The translations under genes and the position numbers were made by a program. The notes beneath the pieces were generated by a model that saw nothing but the letters and a program-made list of their open reading frames with translations, was not told the DNA's origin and searched no databases. Shown here one piece after another: positions 26,828-40,164 of a stretch of DNA of 64,000 bases. Position 1 is the stretch's first letter; each line of letters starts with the position of its first letter. The stretch spans positions 38,564,001 to 38,628,000 of the forward strand of contig NC_043006.1 in NCBI RefSeq assembly GCF_006345805.1, written 5' to 3'. The stretch comes from Octopus sinensis (lineage: Eukaryota).

Positions 26828-29200
26828 CAAAGACTGGAGGTGTTTCGCGTTGCAAGACAGTGTGTGAGAGAGAATTGTGATGTGGTAGGAGAGAAGTGTG
26901 TTCGCATGGAAGATGGTTCACTTGCGCTAAATGAGGATGCAAAGAGAGAGGTTTGGAGATGCCACTATGAAAGGTTGCTGAATAAAGAAAATGAATGGGA
27001 TAAAGAGAGTCTGCTGAATGTTGACCCAACAGAGGGACCAGCTATCCGAGTTGATAGTTCCGTAGTAGCTAAGGCAATTAGAAGCATGAAGACAGGAAAA
27101 GCTCCAGGCCCATCAGGAATCACTGCAGAGATGCTCAAAATGTCTGGTAGTGTCGGCTATAGTCTAGTCACCCGTATAGTTAATCAGGTGATACACAAAG
27201 GAGTCATACTCAATGACTGGTGTAGCAGCATAATAGTCAACTGCTACAAAGGTAAAGGTGACGCCCTAGATACAAATAACTACAGAGGTATCAAGCTGTT
27301 GGATCAGGTGATGAAGGTTACGGAGAGGGTCATAGCCCAACTAATTAGAGAGAGAGTTAGTTTAGATGAGATGCAGTTTGGGTTTGTGCCAGGGAAAAGT
27401 ACTACTGATGCTATATTCCTGGTAAGGCAGCTGCAGGAGATATACCTAGCCAAAGATAAGCCCCTGTACCTGGCTTTTGTTGACATGGAGAAAGCCTTCA
27501 ACAGGGTCCCCCGATCCCTTATCTGGTGGGCAATGAGGAAACTAGGGATAGATGAATGGTTAGTGAGAGCTGTGCGGGCCATGTATAGGGACGCTGCTAG
27601 TAGGGTGAGGGTTGGAAACGAGTACAGTGAAGAATTCCGGGTAGAGGTAGGGGTCCACCAAGGCTCAGTACTCAGCCCCCTCCTATTTATCATAGTCCTC
27701 CAGGCAATAATGGAGGAATTCAAGACAGGATGCCCTTGGGAGCTCTTCTATGCTGATGACTTTGCTCTAATTGCTGAGTCGCTATCAGAACTGGAGGAAA
27801 AATTTCAGGTGTGGAAACAAGGATTAGAATCGAAGGGCCTCAGAGTCAATCTAGCTAAAACCAAAGTCGTAATCAGTAGGAAGGTAGACAAATCACAAAC
27901 GCCTTCAGGTAGATGGCCCTGCTCGATCTGTAGAAAAGGTGTAGGTAGAAACTCTATAAGATGCACCAAGTGTAAGCTATGGACACATAAGTGGTGCAGC
28001 AATGTCAAAGGAAGGCTAACTAGGAAGATGGTTTTTGTATGTGGCAGATGCTCAGGAACAATAAACACTGAAAATGCTCTGAGACCAACTTCCGTCACTT
28101 TCCAGGGAGAAAAACTAGAAATAGTTGATAGTTTCCGTTACCTAGGTGACCAAGTCAGCAGCGGGGGCGGGTGTGCTGAAAGTGTAACTGCTAGAGTAAG
28201 AATAGCTTGGGCAAAGTTCAGAGAGCTCTTACCTCTGCTGGTGACAAAAAGCCTCTCGCACAGAGTGAAAGGCAGACTGTATGATGCGTGTGTACGAACA
28301 GCCATGCTACATGGCAGTGAAACATGGGCCGTGACTGCTGAGGATATGCGTAAGCTCGCAAGAAATGAAGCCAGTATGCTCCGATGGATGTGTAATGTCA
28401 GTACTCACACTCGGCAGAGTGCAAGTACCTTGAGAGAAAAGCTGGACCTAAGAAGCATCAGTTGTGGTGTGCAAGAGAGACGTTTGCGCTGGTATGGTCA
28501 TGTGGCGAGAATGGATGAAGATAGTTGTGTGAAAAAGTGCCACACCCTAGCGGTTGAGGGAACCTGTGGAAGAGGCAGACCCAGGAAAACCTGGGACGAG
28601 GTGGTGAAGCACGACCTTCGAACTTTAGGTCTCACTGAGGAAATGACTAGAGACCGAGTCCTCTGGAAGTGTGCTGTACCCGAGAAGACCCGGCAGGACA
28701 AGTGAGTCCATAACCCGTGGCCTTCTACATGGGATGGAGCCAGCCTACGTATGCATACCTTCTCTTCTTGGGACACAAAACTCTACTTGTGAAGACGTGT
28801 TGAGGCAAGTGAGGATCAGAATCGAAATCGATCAATGGAAATTGCAGATGCGTTACCAGTGCCGGTGGCATGTAAGAGAACCTTCCGTTTCACGACCGTT
28901 GCCAGCACCGCCCTGTTTCGTGTCCATTGCCAGCCTCGCCTGGCCCTCGTGCCGGTGGCACATAAAAAGCACCATCCGTTCATGGCCGTTTGCCAGCTCT
29001 GTCTGGCACCTGTGCGGGTGGCACGTAAAAAGCACCCACTACACTCATGGAGTGGTTGGCGTTAGGAAGGGCATCCAGCCGTAGAAACACTGCCAGATTT
29101 GACTGGGCCTGATGAAGCCTTCTGGCTTCACAGACCCCAGTAGAACCGTCCAACCCATGCTAGCATGGAAAACGGACGCTAAACGATGATGATGATGATG
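26828..29200 (+). mobile_element. 5'-truncated RTE-clade LINE
   Basis: RT ORF, 3' UTR, (GAT)n tail; flanked on both sides by ...atatatatacatatacaaatatatat..., consistent with a TSD in a TA microsatellite. Confidence 0.9.
26840..28705 (+). CDS. LINE ORF2 reverse transcriptase (endonuclease domain lost by 5' truncation)
   Basis: Uninterrupted 621 aa with [69 protein letters not shown]. The listed start is not a real initiation codon. Confidence 0.92.
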   Translation: MFRVARQCVRENCDVVGEKCVRMEDGSLALNEDAKREVWRCHYERLLNKENEWDKESLLNVDPTEGPAIRVDSSVVAKAIRSMKTGKAPGPSGITAEMLKMSGSVGYSLVTRIVNQVIHKGVILNDWCSSIIVNCYKGKGDALDTNNYRGIKLLDQVMKVTERVIAQLIRERVSLDEMQFGFVPGKSTTDAIFLVRQLQEIYLAKDKPLYLAFVDMEKAFNRVPRSLIWWAMRKLGIDEWLVRAVRAMYRDAASRVRVGNEYSEEFRVEVGVHQGSVLSPLLFIIVLQAIMEEFKTGCPWELFYADDFALIAESLSELEEKFQVWKQGLESKGLRVNLAKTKVVISRKVDKSQTPSGRWPCSICRKGVGRNSIRCTKCKLWTHKWCSNVKGRLTRKMVFVCGRCSGTINTENALRPTSVTFQGEKLEIVDSFRYLGDQVSSGGGCAESVTARVRIAWAKFRELLPLLVTKSLSHRVKGRLYDACVRTAMLHGSETWAVTAEDMRKLARNEASMLRWMCNVSTHTRQSASTLREKLDLRSISCGVQERRLRWYGHVARMDEDSCVKKCHTLAVEGTCGRGRPRKTWDEVVKHDLRTLGLTEEMTRDRVLWKCAVPEKTRQDK

Positions 29201-29222
29201 AAATATATATATATATACATAT

Positions 29223-29282
<60 letters not shown>

Positions 29283-29690
29283 CCTTTTATTTGTTTTAGC
29301 CATTTGACTGTGGTTATGCTGGAGCATTGCCTTTAGTCAAACAAATTGACCCCAGGACTTATTCTTTGTAAGCCTAGAACCTATTGGTTCCCTGTTGCTG
29401 AACCGCTAAGTTATGGGGATGTAAGCACACTGACATCAGTTGTCAAGTGATAGTGGGGGGACAAACACAGATACACAAACACACACACATACACACACAT
29501 ATATACATGCACGCGCACACACATATATTGGGGTTCCACATAGTTTCCGTGTAGCAAACTCATTCTCAAGTCATTGGTTGATGCGATGCTATACTGAAAT
29601 ACACTTACCCAAGATCCATGCAGTGGGACTGAACTCAATGCCACAAGGTTAACATTACAAAGCAAGCTTCTTCACTACATGGCAAGGCCT
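29283..29690 (-). mobile_element. SINE family A
   Basis: Reverse tail and core. Confidence 0.75.
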
Positions 29691-30180
29691 GCACTACATA
29701 TATATATATATATAAATGAGCTCTATGTATATACACACACGAGTATGATATATGTATATTCTTAAGATCTTAACACTATTTGTCAATTTAATTTGTTTAT
29801 TTACAACAGTAGATTGCACATACAAAAACACACACCCTCTCAACCTGACCCCATTGCTTGTAATATATAATATTAAATAAACATTTAACTACTATAAACC
29901 AAATGATAAACAATTATAGTATTACCCACGAACAGGCTCCACCACCTGTCACACACACAGGAAACATCAAAGTTTTAAAGCAAAGTTCAATATTGTATTT
30001 TTTTCCAAAGCTTTACATTTTTTGGTACTTTTGTTTTAATTTTTATTTACTTTATTTAATTTAATTTTATTTGTTTGTTTATTTTTTTTTTTCCACACTG
30101 TGGTGTCTTATCTCCAACAGACAAGACTAAACACAGCCAGTGAACTGCAACAACTTTTGATGATTGTCAAATAAGTGTAG

Positions 30181-30211
<31 letters not shown>

Positions 30212-30340
30212 CATGTATGTGTCTGTGTGAGTGTATGTGTATGCTTATACATTCATACACACACACACGTATTAAATGTATAAAATATATGTTTGAAATA
30301 TATATATATGTATGTATATAAATATATAAAATAAATAAAA

Positions 30341-30382
<42 letters not shown>

Positions 30383-30702
30383 TATACACACATGTGTGTG
30401 TGTATATATATATATATTCATACACAGAAGCACATACATATATACACAAGTACACTCACTTATATACATGTGAGTATATACACACACACACACACACATA
30501 CACATGTATTTGAATATCAATATAAATATGTGATAGCTTACACATATATATACTTGCAGAATTTGCTATATACATACATGTAGGTATGTGTTTGCATTTA
30601 TAATATATATAACATATACATATTTACATACACTCATATGTAAGTGTGTGTGTGTGTGTGTGTATTTATCAGGGTGTGTATAATATCTTTGTGTCAAATT
30701 AC

Positions 30703-30854
30703 CTAGAGCATAAATCTGTTTTATTCTTTGTTGCGTATGACAAATTGTCTTGTTAGATGAAAATAAGGTGGGACGAAAGCTTTCTTGATGACACCAATCG
30801 AGGCAGAAACACACTCCCACTGGTGCTCCTTTGCCTTCAGAAATCATTAGATGC
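30703..30854 (-). CDS. weak candidate exon
   Basis: Acceptor tgttttgaaatatcag, open frame HLMISEGKGAPVGVCFCLDWCHQESF...QIYAL, donor TAG|gtaatt. No homology recognised. Confidence 0.2.
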
Positions 30855-31234
30855 CTGATATTTCAAAACAGATGTGTGCATTGACTTCTCCTCTGTTCAA
30901 TACATGATAACATTAAAAGTGATTTTTCTTTGTCCATTATTCTTGTATAATCTGACTGGGGCCTAAGGGATTTTACTTTGGTTTACACACATTACTCAAT
31001 AATATTATCTACATATTTAGTTATCTCATTAAGCTGTTATGGTTTTAAAGAAAAAAAAAACCCAGGCTAAGTGAAATTTCTTATCACTATTAATAATAAT
31101 AATTTGATTGGAGAGAGTACAATATAAGCCTCTGTATTTTTGTTCCCTCCTTTCAACTCCAAATCCACTGCCACTATTACTCAACAGCATTCCTCCTACC
31201 TACCTTTTTCTTCTCAGGTGTAGGCTCACACACA

Positions 31235-31284
<50 letters not shown>

Positions 31285-31323
31285 TACACACACACACACA
31301 TACACACACACATACACACACAT

Positions 31324-31357
<34 letters not shown>

Positions 31358-31552
31358 TTATTACAGATCCATCATAGGTAGTATCAACAAAAAATATTCC
31401 ATTCAGTAGGAGATAAATCTAATTTAATATACACTGTTTACAAAAGAGTTACCGATAGTTTCATTCTTTAGAGATAAAAATTTGCAGATTTATATAATAT
31501 GCTGTGTATCTCCAAGCCCATGAGCCTGACTAGGCTTTAAAAGGGTGCAGAA

Positions 31553-31608
<56 letters not shown>

Positions 31609-31726
31609 ATGTATGTATGTGTGTATATGCATACATGTGTATAATGTATATCGATTAATGACAGAGAAATACTAACTATAAATATTATACTCTATGAATT
31701 GAGCACTTTTCCTTATTTGAGAATCT

Positions 31727-31776
<50 letters not shown>

Positions 31777-32529
31777 TTAAAGTACTCAAACATGCATACA
31801 AATAGGTTTATATATGAAATAGATATACTAGTACTTATACATGCATATATAAACAAATACATGAATGTATGTAAATATATACATGTATGCATATGTATAT
31901 ATGTCTACATGCATGCAAATATATTTGTATGTACATATTTGCATGTGCATATACATTGTATGTGTGTCTGTGTGTATGTGTTATAGGTGGTCCTCAAAAA
32001 AACGTACATGCTTCTTAAAGCATTTATACGTTTTTTTCTTCTTTTTATTGAAACGCTTTTCATAATTTAGTATTGATTCGATTTTAATTCCTATTAAATT
32101 TACTGCCTTTTACATGAAACACATAGCTTGTGTGACTTTTATAAAGTGTCATTAGTCTTGTTCAAGGTTATAGATAATTCATATCCTGTAATGAATTTTT
32201 TTTTTCATTTTTTCTTTAATTTATCGTTTGTTATCATTATTATTATTATTATCATTATTATTATTATTATTATTATCATTATTATTATTATTTATTTGTT
32301 TATTTATCTATTCATTCATTTATTTTGCAATTCTAATTTTATTTGATTAAGTCTTCCCAGCCCTTATCGAAGCTATTATTTGCTTAGAGATATGTTACAG
32401 TGGGATTAATGAAACCCAAGTTAGAACTGGATCTTAGTTTACTACACTACACTTCGTTCTTTCTTCACTTTCATCACTCATATATATATATATATACACA
32501 CACACCACACACACGCACACACATATATA

Positions 32530-33039
32530 TCTATATATATAAAACTGTAGTTGTGTGAGTGTCTGTCCCCTTCGATTTAGATTCCTAACTACTCCCACAT
32601 TTTGCGGTGCAGTTTAACCAAATTCGGGTATCTTATAGTCGTGATTCATATCGAGCCCGTCTGGCTATTAGCGCGTGTCAACGATGAGTCTACGATTTTA
32701 AAAATAATTTAACATCATTTTTTATTCCATTTTAATGCATAATTTTTCGTGTGTCGATGGCGGCGGAGTTGGCGTTCACGCTCACAGCTGCACCTGTTTG
32801 CTTCTCCCCCTTCCCTCCCTCGTGAAGCTGTGGGGAAGGGAGTGTAAAGAAATCAACGTTGTAATGCGTTGTCAAGGAGACCAGCGTTCTTTTAGAACAA
32901 CGACTTCATGGCTTGAAGACACCAAAACAGAAATGGCTAAGAAAGCCCGAATTGGCATCTATAAGGGAAGTAACTCTCTAAAAATGCTTATATAGTTATT
33001 TCCCTTACAAACCCGAGCAACGCCGGGCGATACTGCTAG
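32530..33039 (+). mobile_element. non-autonomous Helitron (H3), near-identical to H2
   Basis: A|TC...CTAG|T, same internal GC-rich segment as H2. Confidence 0.85.
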
Positions 33040-33355
33040 TATATATATAAATGTATAGTGTAGAAGAGCGTTTGTTATACTTTTGGGATTTGGAATTTGA
33101 ACAGCAGAGTATAACAGTACAAATTTTCTTTTGCACATTGTTTCCTTCCTCTGGTTGTAACCTACATTTTTTTTATATCAAATGATAGTGTGTGTATGTG
33201 TGTACGTATATATATATATATATATAAGCATATATTTGTGAGTGTATGTGTGTTTGCCTACATGCATGTGTGTTTGTGTGAAAGTTTACAAGGTTACACT
33301 CCACTACATGTTTGGACAGCTACATCATCATTTGCAATCCAGATATATATATGAG

Positions 33356-33397
<42 letters not shown>

Positions 33398-33459
33398 TTA
33401 ACAGAATGAAATAAAAAATCCAAGGCTATGAAAGTTTTCAGACCATTTATAAAGAGAGG

Positions 33460-33507
33460 GTCTTACAGCTGTTTCCAGGATATTTTATATACCCCTTCAT
33501 CAGAGAC
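33460..33507 (-). ncRNA. minimal type I hammerhead ribozyme motif with palindromic stem III
   Basis: gtct CTGATGA a ggggtat-ataaa-atatcct g GAA ACAGCTGT A agac. Confidence 0.65.
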
Positions 33508-33608
33508 AGTGCAAGAAAATGTTTAAGTAATAGCTATTATAGAGAAGATATGAAATACAGAGTGAAGTAGATGAATGAAAACAAATTATATATCTAATGT
33601 ATATAAAA

Positions 33609-33774
33609 TTATAATTAAGGGTATCTAAAAGATACCATCATGCTAGATAGAGCAGTCAAAATTTGACTCTAAAACCACATCAAATATTCATACAGCCCCA
33701 GGATGTGGTTTTAGATTCAAGTTTTGACTGCTATATCTAGCATAATGGTATCTTTTAGATACCCTTAATTATAA
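33609..33774. repeat. foldback, 73-bp arms (4 mismatches), 20-nt spacer
   Basis: ttataattaagggtatctaaaagatacc...aaaccacatc / gatgtggtttt...ggtatcttttagatacccttaattataa. Confidence 0.9.
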
Positions 33775-33886
33775 TAATAATAATAATATTTATTACCTAT
33801 GCGGTTTTTATTCCCATACTAGCCATTTGATATGATCGGTATTTCAAATAATGATCTTATCCTTATTTATATAAATTTATATCAAA

Positions 33887-33931
<45 letters not shown>

Positions 33932-34169
33932 TATGCAGGAAATGTTGTTCATTTTCTGTCTTCTATGGAAACAGATCTGGACTTGGGGAAATATTATTTT
34001 ATTAGGAAATTGGTGAGGGTTGGTGAAAAAAGAGCATTTGGTCATAGAAAATCTGCCTCAACAAATTATATTTGACCATTGTAAGCATGGAAATGTGGAT
34101 GTTAAATAATGATGATGATGCTCACACACACACACACACAAAACAATGAATTGAAAGATTACTTTATAC

Positions 34170-34430
34170 TTTTTAGCGGAGTATGTATTAGCTTTGCAAG
34201 GAAACAATTGACAGTGACTTCGAAGTTCTGGGTTGCTTCCCATCATGTATATAAATTTGGGGCTGATGATTCATTTCCATCATGTGATTCTTGCTATGGA
34301 CGAGATCAAACATGGCAAGATCCTGAGTAATAATGTGACGAATCATTTACATTTAGATCAGTGCTCCACAGCCAGGAGACCATGGCACACTGATGTGCTA
34401 CGAAATGATGCTAGGTGCGTCACAATGTAA
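34170..34430 (+). pseudogene. possible mariner transposase fossil
   Basis: ..SKFWVASH.., ..HVILAMDEI.., ..QDPE loosely match WVPH / IVTGDETW / YDPE across frameshifts. Confidence 0.3.
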
Positions 34431-34629
34431 CCTGCATGTAATTTTTTCCCCCTGTACTTTTGGCTATGTTTTTAGTTCAGGTGTGCCATGGAATTTTGGA
34501 AAGAATATAAATGTACGACAAATGAAAAAGTTTGCGAGAATTGATTTAGATAATTATGAAACGTTTCTTAAAGCAATACATTCATTAACTAATGTAAGAC
34601 ATACATCAAATATGGGTTATGCTGTGGCA

Positions 34630-35008
34630 CTCTGTTAGTTATGACGACGATGAGGGTTCCAGTTGATCCAATCAATGGAACAATCTCTTCGTGAAATTAA
34701 CATGGAAGTGGCTGAGTACTCCACAGACACATGTACCCTTGACATAGTTCTTGGGGAGATTCAGCATGACACAGAGTGTGACAAGGTTGGCCCTTTGAAA
34801 TACAGGTACAACAGAAACAGGAAGAAAGAGTGAGAGAAAGTTGTGGTTAAAGAGTATAGCAGGGTTCACCACCACTCCTTGCTGGAGCCCCGTGGAGCTT
34901 TAGGTGTTTTTGCTCAATAAACACTCACAACACCTGATCTGGGAATCAAAACCATGATCCTACGATCGTGAGTCTGCTGCTCTAACCACTGGACCATTGC
35001 ACCTCCAC
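34630..35008 (-). mobile_element. SINE family C, full length
   Basis: Reverse tRNA-like head at about 34930-35008. Confidence 0.8.
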
Positions 35009-35499
35009 ATGGGTTATGTACATTAAGAAGGTGTAATAAAAATATGTGAGCTTTCCCACATAACCACCAATATGTTGTAAGCAATTTTCATGTGTTTATG
35101 CTAACAGACTGAGATACTTTGGCTGGTTTTCCATACGTTGTAACAATTATTTTGTGAAGTGGATTTATGCTAATCCAGCTGCCTATCCCATAACACTCAG
35201 TCTCTCATCCTTAATCTGGCTGCATTAGACACAAGATTATTTTATGATACACTTAAAAATTGAAAAACTGCATCTGATACCCTTGCCAATAAAGGAACTT
35301 AAACTATAATGAGTTTTCAGGAGATCCTGTTCTCTGACACAGTTAAGGAATTAGAGATGAAAAACGGAGGGTTATCAGTTGAAGGATATGATTGATTGAT
35401 TGATTGATTCTAGTTTCAGCTTATGAGCTGTGGCCATGCTGGGGCACCGCCATTATGGAAACATTTTCTGCATTTTGGGTTGGATTATTGTTCATTATT

Positions 35500-35815
35500 T
35501 ACATTATTTACATTTGACGGATACTTGTCTTCATCTTGTTTGTTGTTAACACAACGTTTCGGCTGATATACCCTCCAGCCTTCATCAGGTGTCTTGGGGA
35601 AATTTCAAACCTGGGTTCTCATTCCTAAGGTATTTTTCAATGTTGTTTTGTTGTTGTTGTTGTTGTTATTATTATTCAGGTCACTGCCTGGAATCGAACT
35701 CAGAATCATGGGGTTAGTAGCCCATGCTCTTAATCACAGTGGTTAAGAGCACAGGCTACTAACCCCAAGATTCCGAGTTTGATTCCAAACAGTGACCTGA
35801 ATAATAATAATAATG

Positions 35816-35880
<65 letters not shown>

Positions 35881-36028
35881 ACAAACAAAACAAAAAACCT
35901 TAGGAATGAGAACCCAAGTTTAAAATTTCCCCAAGACACCTGATGAAGGCTGGAGGGTATATCAGCTGAAACATTGTGTTTACAGCAAACAAGATGAGGA
36001 CAAATATCCATCAATTGTAAATAATGTA
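35500..36028. mobile_element. head-to-head pair of tRNA-head + (AAT)n + hammerhead-tail composites
   Basis: Junction gctcttaatcac-a-gtggttaagagc at 35738; tRNA-like heads 35678-35737 (-) and 35739-35799 (+); hammerheads 35548-35593 (-) and 35935-35980 (+). Confidence 0.85.
35548..35593 (-). ncRNA. minimal type I hammerhead ribozyme motif
   Basis: gacac CTGATGA a ggctg-gagggtatat-cagcc GAA ACGT T gtgtt; loopless palindromic stem III (ACGU), GUU triplet. Confidence 0.7.
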
Positions 36029-36786
36029 TATAATTCCTAATCTCTTAAAGATAAAACTGGATTATTGTTGCTGTTTTGTCTCAGGTCAGGCTTGATTGAC
36101 CAAATCTGTGGCAAATTATATTCTGTCCGAGATCATCCTGTTGTTTTTTTCTTTCAGACACAATGAAGTTAGGACTAAATTGTATTCATTATGTCTGTCT
36201 TCTTTTCACATAATGAAGTGTGAGCTGAAGGACATTTGGCTGCTATTACAGGCAAGTTATATGATTGCATAGAAGGTAATTAGACAAAAGACACACGCAA
36301 AAAAAAAATGAGACCCAGATTTGATAAAAGTGTATGAAGGAAGGGGTCAGATATGTGTTAGTTGTGCTGAGTGTCTGAGTTTAGGGGTCCACAAATGTGT
36401 AAATTGAGCTTTTTACATGTTTGGGTAAATGTGTGTGTGGGTTATACACAGAGTTAATTGTGTGTGTGTGTGTGTGTGTGTGTGCTCGATATGAAAATGT
36501 ATTTTATTTTTGTGAGATGTAAACGTGTGTGTATGTTTTGTGTGACACAGTTCATACATATGCATAGATTGGGTAGGGTTTGATCTATGTATGTGAGTAT
36601 GTGTGTATGTATGTATGTGTGTGTGTGTGTGTGTGACTCTGTGAACATGTACAGATGTATATGTTGTATGTGTGTATGTCTATATGTGTATGTATATATT
36701 AAGAATTCTGCCAGCCTAACATAACATCTAGCTGATGTCAATGAAAAATTTATAGGGAAACCAGAAAACAAAAGAGATGTATTGAA

Positions 36787-36827
<41 letters not shown>

Positions 36828-36955
36828 CGATGTGGATAGGAGGGTAGGTAGGTTAGGTGGGGTGGGAGAAGAGGCAGGAAACAAAAGATAATGCAACGAG
36901 AAAAAGAAGTGAACGGAAAGATGAAATTTATGGAAAAAAACTACACAAAACAACT

Positions 36956-36959
<4 letters not shown>

Positions 36960-36987
<28 letters not shown>

Positions 36988-37650
36988 CATATATATATAT
37001 ATACACACACATACCTATATATATACATACATATATACACATATATATATACACATACATACATACATATATATACATACATACATATATATATATATAT
37101 ACATATATATATACACATACATACATATATACATACATACATATATGTATACACATATATATATATATACACATACATACATATATACATACATACATAT
37201 ATATACATACATATATATGCATATATATATACACATATACATACATATATACATACATACATATATATACACATATATATATATACACATACATACATAC
37301 ACATATATATATGCATATATATATATACACATACATACATACACATATATATATGCATATATATATATACACATATACATACATATATATATATAATACA
37401 TATATATATATATACATACATATATATATATACATATATATACATATATACATACATATATATATATACATACACATATACATACATATATATATATACA
37501 TACACATATATATATACATGTATATATATAATTATGTGGATGTGTATATATATACATATAGATATATATACATATACACACAAACATATAGCATACACAC
37601 ACACACACACACACACATGCGCACACACACACATTCACACACATATATAT
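36960..37650. repeat. (TA)n/(CATA)n microsatellite block
   Basis: Directly visible. Confidence 0.95.
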
Positions 37651-37974
37651 GCTAAGCAAAGCAAAGTTTGATGCAAGGTTAATGAAGGAAGTGTTGTAAT
37701 GGGAAACTTAAAATGATAACAACAACAAGAGCTGAAAATCAGTGAACGATAATTTCTGATTGGTTAGGAATTGGAGTTATGATAGCTTAACCCCCCCACC
37801 CCACCCCCGACCTCCGCAGATCATCTCAGATCAACTAGATCTATGATGGAAGGCAATCCAGCTGTGACCATCCCAATTTTTTTTCTTTTTCGTTTTACAG
37901 ACTGCGTATCTAGGACAAGATCGTTCAATGCTATGATTTGAGGAAAATTTTCCTCTTCTTTTTTTTTTTTCTTT

Positions 37975-39018
37975 AGCTTGTTTCAGTGGTTAGATTGCGA
38001 CCATTCTGGGGCACCACCTTGAAGAAATCTAGGTGAATGAATTGACCCTGGTACTTTTTTTTTCTTTTAACCTAGAACTTATTCTATCAGTCTCTTTTGC
38101 TGAATAGTTAAGTCACTGGGATGTAAACACAAGTGCGCATGCACACACACACAAACACAGATTCACAGAAAAACACACATAAACATTCAAAGACACACAC
38201 ACAAACACACACACGTACACAGAAACACACAGAAACACACACATAAATACACAAACACACACCCACACACAAACATACATATGCACAAACACACACACAC
38301 AAGCACACACACACACACATACACACACACAATGGGCTTCTATCAATTTTCATTCTTTGATCAGCCTGAGGCTAAAATAGAAGACACTTGCCCAAGGTGT
38401 AGTGGGATTGAACCTGGAACCATATGGTTGGGAAACAAATTTCTTACCACACAGCCACATCTCTGTCTAGTATTTTTTTTTTATTCTTTTGTACTTTTAT
38501 ACTTTTAGGAGTTTCAGTCATTGGATTGTGGCCATGCTGGAGCACTACCTTAAAAGGTTTTAGTCGAACAAATTGACCCCAGGACTCATTCTTTGTAAGT
38601 CTCATACTTATTCTATTAGGCTATTTTGCTGAATTGCTAGTTTACAGGGATGTAAACACACCAACACCGGTTCTCAAGTGGTGACGGGAGTGCATAAACA
38701 CAGACACAAAGATACACACACATAGACATGTATGTACATTTATATATATATATATATATATATATGAATATATATATATATATAGTGGGACTGATATATA
38801 CACACAAGATGAAATTTATGGAAAAAATTTATGGATTTAGATATATATATATACATATGACAGGCTTCTTTCAGTTTCCATCTACCAAATCTATTCACAC
38901 ATCTTTGGTGAGCTGGAAACTATAATAGAAGACACTTGCCCAAGGTGCCATGCAGTGGGACTGAACTCAGAACTATGTGATTGGGAATCAAGCTTCTTAC
39001 CATACAGCCACGCCTGTG
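37975..39018 (-). mobile_element. two adjacent SINE-A copies (37975-38462, 38490-39018)
   Basis: Both show reverse tail, core and head. Confidence 0.8.
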
Positions 39019-40164
39019 CCTCTGTTTAAAATGTCAAATGACCATGGTAGCGGCACCCACATCAAGAGTCAATGGGGTAGTGACAGGGTCTGGTGGTTGG
39101 GTTGGCAGTTGGATTGCTGGGCAGTCAGTTTGGGGAGGGGGGTAGAACAGAAGTATGGTGGTGGTGGTGATGGTTGTGGTGTGGTGTGGTGTGGTATGAT
39201 GACAGAATAATGGTAGTGGTATGGAGGTAATACAATGATGGTATGGTGGTAGTAGTGGAATGGTATGATATAGTGATGGTGGTGGTAGCGATGGTGATAG
39301 TGCTGGCGATAGTAGTGATAGAGTTGTGGTGATGGGTAGGATACTAGAATAATAGTAGTGGTATGATGGTAGTAGTTGTGGTGGTGGTGGTGCTGTGGTG
39401 ATGTTGTGATATAACAGTTATGATGGGAGTGGTGGGATGGTTATCTCATATTACTAAGATAATACAGGTGTATTAGTTATAATAGAGTGGTGTCATATAT
39501 TTATTTCTTTATTGCCCACAAGGGGCTAAACATAAAGGGGACAGACAAGGACAGACAAAGGGATTAAATCAATTACATCGAAACCAGGACGTAACTGGTA
39601 CTTATTTAATAGACTCCAAAAGGATGAAAGGCAAAGTCGACATCGGTGGAATTTGAACTCAGAACATAAAGACAGGTGAAATACCGCTAAGCATTTCGCC
39701 TGGTGTGCTAATGTTTCTGCCAGTTCACTGCCTTAAGAGGAGTGTCATATATTACTACAAAATAAAGACCCCCTTTGGTCATGAATGACCATGGTATTGC
39801 ATGTAGAAAGTTATTCTCCAAGGCACAAGTCCAGGCAAGGTTGTTTATGGAAAACCATCAATTACCCATACATACCAACCCCTCCTCTCCACACCACCGA
39901 TGTCATTGAAGGGAAAGGCAAAGGCTGATACAGTTTGGCACCAGTGACGTCGCAACCCATTTCTACAGCGGAGTGAATTGGAACAATGTGAAATAAAGTG
40001 TCTTGCTCAAGAAAAACAACACACAGCCTGGTCAAGGAATTGAACTCACTACCACATGATAGTCAGACCAGCACTCTAACCACTGAGTTATGCACCTTCA
40101 CCATATAATGCTGTAAGTAACAATGTAACAATAATAACAACAATTGTTTCAAATTTATAAAAAA

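Noticed and set aside
27304-28776. Antisense ORFs over the RT
   Set aside because: Shadow frames of a real coding sequence.
29105-29135. ctgatgaagcc as a hammerhead core in the LINE tail (also about 45245)
   Set aside because: No GAAA or stem III follows; it is simply a tgaagcc-ttct-ggcttca stem-loop in the 3' tail.
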